Below are positions 17,802-25,216 of a stretch of DNA of 27,120 nt, one piece after another. How positions within the stretch are numbered: position 1 is the first letter of the stretch; each line of letters begins with the position of its first letter. The position numbers were made by a program, and so were the translations under genes. The stretch comes from Chlamydiia bacterium (lineage in GTDB: Bacteria > Chlamydiota > Chlamydiia > Chlamydiales > Parachlamydiaceae), in contig JBBSJT010000019.1 of assembly GCA_038257035.1 (NCBI GenBank), positions 1 through 27,120 on the forward strand. Direction: 5' to 3'. A model generated the notes under the pieces. That model was not told where the DNA came from, made no database searches, and was given only the letters and a program-made list of their open reading frames with translations.

Positions 17802-17859
17802 CTTAGGCTTTAGCCTGAGTAGAAAAATATTGAAATGCTCAGGCTAAAGCCTAAGGTAC
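17802..17859. repeat. REP/REPIN-like inverted doublet
   Basis: cttaggctttagcctgag (17802-17819) and its exact reverse complement (17838-17855). Each arm is itself an imperfect palindrome. Confidence 0.75.
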
Positions 17860-17915
17860 AATCTTCTTAAGCTCAATTTCCGGATAAGTCTGTTTTATAA
17901 TTAAGATTTTTGGGC

Positions 17916-17954
17916 AAAAAAAAAGGCGAGAGTTTTAACACTCTCGCCTTTTTT
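17916..17954 (-). terminator. Intrinsic terminator of the RRM gene
   Basis: A9-ggcgagagt-tttaac-actctcgcc-T6. Confidence 0.9.
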
Positions 17955-17978
17955 AAGACCAATCTTAATTACTTAAGA

Positions 17979-18368
17979 CTAACCAAAATTTCTTTCTGAA
18001 CGTGGACGGAATGATCTTTCGCCACCTGATGGACCACCACGGCTATCGCGGTTGCCGCTTGGAGCGCGATCTCTGTTGTAACCGCCACCGTTTCCACCGC
18101 TGCTGTTACGATCTGGACGATCAGTGCGCTCTTGAGCTAAGCTAACGCGGATATTTCTTTCTAGAACTGGTTTGTCGTTAAGACCTTGGATAGCTTTTTC
18201 TGCTTCATCCGCTGTTTCCATTTCTACAAAGCCAAAGCCTTTAGACTTACCTGTATATTGATCAACAATGATCTTGATTGATACTACGTTTCCGTATTGC
18301 TCAAAAAGAGGCTTCAATACGTCTTCGGATGCTTTCCAAGAAAGATTGCCGATAAATAATTTTTTCAT
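17979..18368 (-). CDS. RRM-domain RNA-binding protein with a Gly/Arg-rich tail
   Basis: RNP2 LFIGNL, RNP1 KGFGFVEM and a GGAG SD. Confidence 0.95.
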   Translation of the reverse strand: MKKLFIGNLSWKASEDVLKPLFEQYGNVVSIKIIVDQYTGKSKGFGFVEMETADEAEKAIQGLNDKPVLERNIRVSLAQERTDRPDRNSSGGNGGGYNRDRAPSGNRDSRGGPSGGERSFRPRSERNFG

Positions 18369-18677
18369 ACTAACTCCATGTTGGATTTTTTTATTCCCAC
18401 AATTTCTTTTTCAAGGCGTTGTTTCTTTTCAGATAGATCTAGATGTGTTTACGGTTTTAAAGAGGGCATGAATACAAGTGTTTCCGCTTTGAGTTGAAAT
18501 GCAAGACGCGATATGGTCGAGGGAAATAAATAGAGTAAAAACCCGAAAATTTAAATCCAAACATGGTCCCAATTAGGAATTTCACTTTTAAGAAACCCTT
18601 AGGTTTAAAACCTTAATGTAAAGACACCTTAGATGTGCCGAATAAGTCGTAACCTCAATAAAATTGCAGATGACCTC

Positions 18678-18706
18678 ATTGTACGTCAATTTATTTATAT
18701 TGTCTA
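18678..18706 (-). promoter_or_regulatory. Promoter about 300 nt upstream of the RRM gene
   Basis: Minus strand TAGACA (18706-18701), 17 bp, TACAAT (18683-18678). Confidence 0.6.
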
Positions 18707-18851
18707 CCGAAATGTAAAATTTTTGTTCAAATTTTTTTTTCATCGAGAGTTCCTACCTTTTTTCAGGGTGTAAAATATGCATTTTAATTTTATTTTGATT
18801 TCGCTATAATTTAGCTTAACTGATTTTGGTTTCACGAGAAGGACTACCAAT

Positions 18852-20048
18852 ATGCACACTATCGAAGATGCGTTAATTGCATTAAAAAATGGACAATTTG
18901 TTATCGTTGTCGATGATGAAGATCGAGAAAATGAAGGCGATTTGATTCTTGCTGCTGAAAAAGCAACCCCTGAAGCCTTAACATTTATGGTTCGCCATAC
19001 AAGCGGTCTTATTTGTGTGCCTATGTTAGAAGAGCGTTTAAGTGAGCTTGATTTACCTCAAATGGTTTATGAAAATACTGACATCCATCGAACAGCCTGG
19101 ACAATCTCTGTTGATTACCGCCATGGCACAACAACTGGAATTTCCGCATCCGATCGAGCAAAAACAATTCAGGCCCTCATCAATCCGACAAGCAAACCTG
19201 ACAGTTTCGTAAGGCCGGGACACGTATTTCCTTTGCGTTATAAGAAAGGCGGGGTATTAAAACGAGCGGGTCATACAGAAGCTGCTGTTGATTTATCACA
19301 GATGGCCGGTCTCTATCCTGCTGGCATTATTGCTGAAATTGTCAATGAAGATGGCTCCATGGCAAGGTTACCCGATCTAAAAAGATTTTCGAAAAAATAT
19401 AACTTACCGATCATTTCCATTGAAGATATTATTCGCTATAAACGTGAACGAGAACAGCAGGTCAAGCATGTTTCACAAGCTACAATCCCGACTAAGCACG
19501 GCGAATTCTTAGTCCACGCTTACGCTTCTATGATTGATGGCGTTGAGCATGTTGCTTTTGTTAAAGGTGATGTTTATGGCAAAGAAAACGTACTGGTCAG
19601 GGTTCATTCTGAATGTTTGACAGGTGATCTCTTTGGATCTTTGCGTTGTGATTGTGGCGATCAACTGGAAAAATCCTTGGAAATGATTGCAGAAGCGACA
19701 AGCGGTGTCCTAGTCTATTTAAGGGATCATGAAGGACGTGGAATTGGACTTGGACAAAAACTACGCGCCTACAAATTACAGGAAATGGGTCTTGATACTG
19801 TTGAGGCTAATACCGAACTTGGATTTGCCGCTGATTTAAGAAATTATGGTATTGGAGCTCAAATACTTGTCGATCTTGGGCTTTCAACGATTCGCCTCAT
19901 GACAAATAATCCTGAAAAATATGCAGGGCTTGCAGGTTTTGGCTTGAAGGTCACTGAACGTGTACCGATCGAGTCTAAACCAAACGATGATAACCGCAAA
20001 TATTTGATGACGAAAAAAAATAAATTAGGTCATTTGCTTGATCTTTAA
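18852..20048 (+). CDS. ribBA: Bifunctional DHBP synthase / GTP cyclohydrolase II
   Basis: Motifs [31 protein letters not shown] and EGRGIGL. Confidence 0.97.
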   Translation: MHTIEDALIALKNGQFVIVVDDEDRENEGDLILAAEKATPEALTFMVRHTSGLICVPMLEERLSELDLPQMVYENTDIHRTAWTISVDYRHGTTTGISASDRAKTIQALINPTSKPDSFVRPGHVFPLRYKKGGVLKRAGHTEAAVDLSQMAGLYPAGIIAEIVNEDGSMARLPDLKRFSKKYNLPIISIEDIIRYKREREQQVKHVSQATIPTKHGEFLVHAYASMIDGVEHVAFVKGDVYGKENVLVRVHSECLTGDLFGSLRCDCGDQLEKSLEMIAEATSGVLVYLRDHEGRGIGLGQKLRAYKLQEMGLDTVEANTELGFAADLRNYGIGAQILVDLGLSTIRLMTNNPEKYAGLAGFGLKVTERVPIESKPNDDNRKYLMTKKNKLGHLLDL

Positions 20049-20067
20049 AATATATAAGAAGGATACT

Positions 20068-20532
20068 ATGAAAGAAATTAAAGGATCTTTAAAAGCGGAT
20101 GGCTTAAAAATCGGGATTGTTGTTTCCAGATTCAACGAATTTGTTACAAAAAGCCTACTAGAGGGTGCCTTGGAAGGCTTGGAAAGACTAGGACACAAAA
20201 ATGATGCGACAACTGTTGTGTGGGTTCCTGGCGCTTTTGAAATCCCCTTTGCTACAAAAATTATGGCAACAAGTGGTAAATATGATGCAATCATCTGTCT
20301 TGGAACAGTAATACGCGGCGCTACTATTCATTTTGACTTGATTGCAAAAGAAGCATCTTCAGGTATTGCTAAAATCGCTCTTGAAACGGGTGTTCCTATT
20401 ATTTTTGAAGTTTTGGCCACAGAGACGATTGAGCAAGCAATTGAAAGATCCGGCACAAAAGCAGGTAATAAAGGCTTTGATGCCGCTCTTGCAGCCATCG
20501 AAATGTGCAACCTTAAAAAACTCCTCGCTTAA
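20068..20532 (+). CDS. ribH: 6,7-dimethyl-8-ribityllumazine synthase
   Basis: Motifs [21 protein letters not shown] and GNKG. AAGGA precedes the ATG at 20068. Confidence 0.96.
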   Translation: MKEIKGSLKADGLKIGIVVSRFNEFVTKSLLEGALEGLERLGHKNDATTVVWVPGAFEIPFATKIMATSGKYDAIICLGTVIRGATIHFDLIAKEASSGIAKIALETGVPIIFEVLATETIEQAIERSGTKAGNKGFDAALAAIEMCNLKKLLA

Positions 20533-20603
20533 AGTCAGGGATTTTTTACCACGGAGTATACCGTATTTGTTGACCTTTTTACCGCGAAGAGCTCGACGAA
20601 GCA

Positions 20604-20923
20604 TTATACCGTTAGGGTGGCTTTTTTTTTACCGCGAAGGACGCGAAGAAGCGCAGCTACGCTGCGGGAAGAAACGCGAAGAAGCGCGCTTGAAGCGCGA
20701 AGAAGAAGGCATTCCAGAAGCTATAAAACAAGCCCCCTATTTGAAATTGTTTTTGACAAAACAATTTTACTAATCATCCCCTTTGCATATTGCAAAGGGA
20801 AATTTTTAACTCTTTCTTGCTGTTTTCCGCGCGACAGCGCGCTTCTTCGCGTTTCTTCCCGCAAGCGTAGCTTGCGCTTCTTCGCGGTCTTCGCGGTAAA
20901 AAAAAGCCATCTTAACGCTATAA
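20604..20923. repeat. Palindromic element, type D copy 2
   Basis: Termini ttataccgttag and ttaacgctataa. Arms are homologous to 10644-10895, with a longer loop. Confidence 0.93.
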
Positions 20924-20967
20924 ATCAATCAACAAACTCTTTTGACTCTTAATGTTGTCGCACAAAC

Positions 20968-21903
20968 CTATGATACGTTGATGCTGGCATGGAGTTGCAT
21001 GTCGGCCGGCATGTCGGCTTTAAATTCCAATGGAGCATTGCTGATCGGATGATTAAACCTTAAAAGGTGTGCGTGCAACATTTGACGCTCTACTCCAAGT
21101 TTCTTATTCACCTGTAGGTTACCATATAATGGACAACCAAGAATTGGTGTTCCAAGATGTTTCATATGAACCCTGATCTGATGCGTTCTTCCGGTTTCAA
21201 TGATCAGATTAACAAGACTGAATCTTTCGTTATGGGCAATGCCTTTGCAATGAGTGATAGCCTCTTTACCGCCCTCTTCACATACAGCCATTAATTTGCG
21301 ATGGACCGGGTGCCTTGCTATTTTATTTCTGATTTCTCTATTTCCTGGATTTCCAATGCAAATGGCTAAATATTCTTTATGAATCTGTCTTGATGCAAAC
21401 ATTTGAACTAAACGCTCATGTGCCAAAGCAGTTTTTGCAGCAATCAGAAGCCCTGTTGTATTTTTATCCAATCTATGAACAATGCCCGGTCTTGAATGAT
21501 TATTAAAACTGTTTACAGCTTCACCTTTTTTAAAAAGATCTCTGCAATGGTAAAGTAGCGCATTGACAAAAGTGCCGGTCCAATTGCCGGTTGCAGGGTG
21601 AACCACCATCCCCGCAGCTTTATTCACAACCAAAATATGTTCATCTTCAAATAGAATATTTAAGGGAATATTTTCAGGTTCTAAAGAAATTTCTTGGGTA
21701 AGCAAAAAATCAATTTCGACTTCATCATTAAAAAAGGGTTTACTACGCTTTTTTGCAGGTATACCATTGAGTAATACGTGACCTTTTTCGATCAAATTTT
21801 CAAAATAGCTTCGAGATTTAATTTCTTGGAAACGGTGAGCAAGAAGTTTATCGAGCCTTTGCCCTTCTTCTTCTTTTGTAATAAAAATGCAATCATTAGA
21901 CAC
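20968..21903 (-). CDS. RluA family (RluD-like) pseudouridine synthase
   Basis: S4 domain RLDK, then VNKAAGMVVHP, GIVHRLDKNTTG and TGRTHQIRVH. Confidence 0.95.
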   Translation of the reverse strand: MSNDCIFITKEEEGQRLDKLLAHRFQEIKSRSYFENLIEKGHVLLNGIPAKKRSKPFFNDEVEIDFLLTQEISLEPENIPLNILFEDEHILVVNKAAGMVVHPATGNWTGTFVNALLYHCRDLFKKGEAVNSFNNHSRPGIVHRLDKNTTGLLIAAKTALAHERLVQMFASRQIHKEYLAICIGNPGNREIRNKIARHPVHRKLMAVCEEGGKEAITHCKGIAHNERFSLVNLIIETGRTHQIRVHMKHLGTPILGCPLYGNLQVNKKLGVERQMLHAHLLRFNHPISNAPLEFKADMPADMQLHASINVS

Positions 21904-22213
21904 TAGAATTCACCTTAATAACGGGGATTAACCAAAGATCGGTTTGATCATAAGAATAATTAGGTACTATTTTTTTTAATAAACTATAAATATTTAAAGA
22001 AAAAAGGCTGATTTGGTTTAAATCTGTTTTTTTCTCTAGATATTTGCCTAAAAATAAAGTTTCATTAAATAAATATTCTTGTAAATAAGCATCATTTTGT
22101 TGAATAAACAATGCTTTATCTTTCAAGTTTAAAAGGTCGAAGCTTTTTTGGAAAGATGAATCCACAGCAAAGCCCAAAAAAAGATGAGAATCAAAGCTAG
22201 CCAAGGGTTTCAT
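21896..22213 (-). CDS. Small hypothetical protein
   Basis: 105-aa ORF overlapping both neighbours, consistent with translational coupling. Confidence 0.7.
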   Translation of the reverse strand: MKPLASFDSHLFLGFAVDSSFQKSFDLLNLKDKALFIQQNDAYLQEYLFNETLFLGKYLEKKTDLNQISLFSLNIYSLLKKIVPNYSYDQTDLWLIPVIKVNSSV

Positions 22214-22473
22214 ACCTTATCATTCTTTCTTGCTTCTCTCCACATTTCTTTTAGACGCTGATCTCTTTTATGCATGCTTTTAATCATACTGGTCGCAATA
22301 CTTACCATCATTTGGTAATAAACTTTTGGAGCCTGGGTCTTTAAATCCCCTATGGAGGAAATCTTAGTAGAATTAGAAGGTTCGTTATTAGTTGAAACTG
22401 CAGCTGCTGCAGTATCCGGATCAGCGGCTGAAGGTGGCGGAGCTTGTGGAACAGGCTGAATAGGTACAGTCAT
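22210..22473 (-). CDS. Small hypothetical protein with a Pro/Ala/Ser-rich N-terminus
   Basis: 87-aa ORF with an AAGGA SD and a near-consensus upstream promoter. Confidence 0.75.
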   Translation of the reverse strand: MTVPIQPVPQAPPPSAADPDTAAAAVSTNNEPSNSTKISSIGDLKTQAPKVYYQMMVSIATSMIKSMHKRDQRLKEMWREARKNDKV

Positions 22474-22521
22474 AAAAAATCCTTTTATAAAGATAGATTA
22501 TTCATCTCTTCATATAACCTA

Positions 22522-22550
22522 ATTATAACACAAACACCCTTTATTTTCAA
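22522..22550 (-). promoter_or_regulatory. Promoter for the 22473-rluA operon
   Basis: Minus strand TTGAAA (22550-22545), 17 bp, TATAAT (22527-22522) with an extended TGn. Confidence 0.7.
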
Positions 22551-22620
22551 TACAGTAAAATTTCCAAGTATTAAGCTTTAGAATACCGTCGTATGTATAA
22601 TTTTAAAGAGCGCGAAAAAA

Positions 22621-22670
22621 TCCCTCTCTCTCCCTCTCTTTCTTTCTCGGCGGTCTCGGTGTTAAAAAAT
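22621..22670 (-). repeat. Solo arm, type E copy 3
   Basis: tttctcggcggtctcggtgttaaaaaat plus a CT-rich tract like the one next to copy 1. Confidence 0.65.
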
Positions 22671-22691
22671 ACGAAATCCGAACTCACTCAC

Positions 22692-23300
22692 CTAATCGTA
22701 ATGATCGAATTCGTCCATGGACAAGCAAGGCAAAATATCCTCAAAAGAGTATCCTTTTCGAACAAGCGATGCCACAACCTTTTGCTTTTCTTTATAATCT
22801 TTTAAATCATATTTTTTATAGCGTGTTTCTATGAGTTTTCGAATTCTCATCAAGCGATCTTTTGGTGAATCTTCGTTTTCCAAGGCAAGGGCTGCAGTTT
22901 CCTTATCAAAACCTTTGGCAAGGAGTTTTTGCAAAATCGTGCGGGGGCCATTTTTTTTGGCTTTTGCTCCCCTAATAAATGACTTTAACCAATCTTCATC
23001 ATTAATATACCCTAAATCCTGGCAATCTTGAATAACTGTTTGAATCAGAGTTTTCGGCACCAAAAAATCTTTTAAAATTTTAGTAAGGCCATGACTTGAA
23101 TAATTTTGTTGAGCAAGTTTTTTATAGACAAAAGATTTTACTTTCTTTTGTTCGAGCAACTCAAATTGTTCTATCGATTTGATATCGAATTTCTGGTAAC
23201 CAAAAATTGAGCAATGAATATCCCTCCACGGCTCTTCATCGACAAAGATGGTTTTCACTTTATCATTATTGTTTTTTGGAATAACTACAAATTCACTCAT
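22692..23300 (-). CDS. recX: Regulatory protein RecX
   Basis: GYINDEDW, KNGPRTILQKLLAKG and KVVASLVRKGYS fit the RecX three-helix repeats. Confidence 0.85.
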   Translation of the reverse strand: MSEFVVIPKNNNDKVKTIFVDEEPWRDIHCSIFGYQKFDIKSIEQFELLEQKKVKSFVYKKLAQQNYSSHGLTKILKDFLVPKTLIQTVIQDCQDLGYINDEDWLKSFIRGAKAKKNGPRTILQKLLAKGFDKETAALALENEDSPKDRLMRIRKLIETRYKKYDLKDYKEKQKVVASLVRKGYSFEDILPCLSMDEFDHYD

Positions 23301-25198
23301 TTCAACAGCACAACTTTTTTCACTTCACGGTTTGCCATTCGAATTCCTTTTGCAGAAACACCTTTGACCAACACCTGACTCACATCATAAGCAATCTTGC
23401 TCAATTTTGCTTTAACCTTCGGAACAAACTGCAATTCAACTTTTAATGGATTCTCTGTTGAAATAAATTGTAAATCCATTTCTTCTTCAATAAATTGATA
23501 TTGTTTATCCAAAATAAATTGCGTGATGATAAAGCGTTTTGCAAAGCAAATGTGTGTTTTAGAATCCTTATAAACCACATTAAAAATCGTTTTTTTATCT
23601 GCAACACCCACGTAAGCAATTTTTGTGCTAGGTTTTAGTATATAATGCTTTTCAGGAATATTGATGACCTGATAAGTGCCATCTTTATACATCAAAAGAA
23701 GTTTATCAAAATTAGTGCATTCAAAACTGACTTCGCTTGAAACTTTAGTACCAATAAAGCCTGAAACAGGATCAAAACCCACCTTCATCGTTTTGGTCTT
23801 GACTGCCTTTAGATCTACTTGCTGAATGGATTTGATGATTGTCTTACGTTTATGATCCTTGCCATATTTCTTAATCAAACCTTGTAGATAATTAATCGTA
23901 TATTTTTTAAGGCCTTTAAGATTTTTTTGTACACCCAACAACTCACTTTCATGAGCAGCTATTTCTTCCTCATTCTGCTTTATATCAAATCTTGAGATGC
24001 GACGAATCGGGATATTTAGCAGCTTTTCTCTATCATCAAAGGTTGGCACTCTAATAAGTCTATCGTGAAACGGCTTCAAGCTTTTTTCTACGGTGTCATG
24101 AATGATATCGTAAGAGCTAATCTCTTCAATTTTTTTATAAAGACGGTTCTCGATGAAAATTTGCTCTAGAGTTTTATCAAAGATTTTTTCCTGAATACGA
24201 TTTTCTTCAATTTCTAATTCTTCTTTAAGATACCCATTGAGCTTTTCAACGTGCAAATGCAAAATCTCATGGATATCAGGCTCCCAGGGTAGATTATCTT
24301 TGATAACAACAATCTGGGACGTTAAAGCAACCTCGCACTCAGTAAAGACATAAAGCGCATCAATCAATTCTTCAGCGTAAGCACCTCTTGGAAGCTTAAT
24401 TTCAATTTCTACTTTTTCCGCAGTATAATCATTAATCGAATCGATTTTAATCTTGCCACGTTTTGCAGCTTCATCAATGGAGCGAATAAGGGATTCTGTC
24501 GTTGTGCCATAACAAATTTCTGTAATAATAATTGTTTTAGCATCCTTCACTTCTAATTTGGCTCTTAGCTTGACTTTACCCTTACCATTTTGATAATCCG
24601 ACGCATCCATAATTCCACCTGTCAAGAAGTCAGGAAGTATTGTGAAGGGTCTACCCTCTAAAATAGCAATTTCAGCCTCAAGCAGCTCAACAAAATTATG
24701 AGGCAAGATATGCGTTGCCATACCCACTGCAATACCATCAACACCTTGCATCAACAATACAGGGATCTTTGAAGGCAGGCAAATAGGTTCTTGGTTTCTT
24801 CCATCATAGGAAGGAATATACCTTGTTAAGTGAGGATTAAATAAAGTTTCTTTTGCAAGAGGCGACAATCTCGTTTCAATGTAACGTGCTGCTGCTGCAG
24901 GATCCCCTGTAAAAATATTTCCAAAATTCCCCTGCTGATCAAGTAGATAACCTTTATTAGAAAGGTTGACAAGCGCCTCAATGATTGCAGCATCTCCGTG
25001 GGGATGAAAGGCCATTGTTTGTCCGGCAACGTTTGCCACTTTATGAAGCTTTCCATCGTGCATTGTAAAAAGTGTATGCAAAATACGTCTTTGAACGGGC
25101 TTTAATCCATCAATCACATTTGGAATGGCACGATCTAAAATTACGTACGAAGCGTATTTTAGATAATTATCTTTCATCAATGCTTTTACATCTTCCAT
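23297..25198 (-). CDS. parC: DNA topoisomerase IV subunit A (chlamydial gyrA2 type)
   Basis: Motifs DGLKPVQRR, HPHGD and catalytic AAARY, with a short CTD. Start probably ATG 25198 (TTG 25213 possible). Confidence 0.9.
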   Translation of the reverse strand: MEDVKALMKDNYLKYASYVILDRAIPNVIDGLKPVQRRILHTLFTMHDGKLHKVANVAGQTMAFHPHGDAAIIEALVNLSNKGYLLDQQGNFGNIFTGDPAAAARYIETRLSPLAKETLFNPHLTRYIPSYDGRNQEPICLPSKIPVLLMQGVDGIAVGMATHILPHNFVELLEAEIAILEGRPFTILPDFLTGGIMDASDYQNGKGKVKLRAKLEVKDAKTIIITEICYGTTTESLIRSIDEAAKRGKIKIDSINDYTAEKVEIEIKLPRGAYAEELIDALYVFTECEVALTSQIVVIKDNLPWEPDIHEILHLHVEKLNGYLKEELEIEENRIQEKIFDKTLEQIFIENRLYKKIEEISSYDIIHDTVEKSLKPFHDRLIRVPTFDDREKLLNIPIRRISRFDIKQNEEEIAAHESELLGVQKNLKGLKKYTINYLQGLIKKYGKDHKRKTIIKSIQQVDLKAVKTKTMKVGFDPVSGFIGTKVSSEVSFECTNFDKLLLMYKDGTYQVINIPEKHYILKPSTKIAYVGVADKKTIFNVVYKDSKTHICFAKRFIITQFILDKQYQFIEEEMDLQFISTENPLKVELQFVPKVKAKLSKIAYDVSQVLVKGVSAKGIRMANREVKKVVLLK

Positions 25199-25216
25199 TT
25201 TAAAAACCTTCAAATT

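Noticed and set aside
18745..18851. FMN riboswitch upstream of ribBA
   Set aside because: Only ttcaggg resembles the start. The conserved GGUGAAAUUCCC and later motifs are missing and the region is very AT-rich.
20342..20952. ORFs 20342-20773, 20359-20604 and 20617-20952
   Set aside because: They overlap ribH or the D2 palindrome. The GC-rich arms simply lack stop codons.
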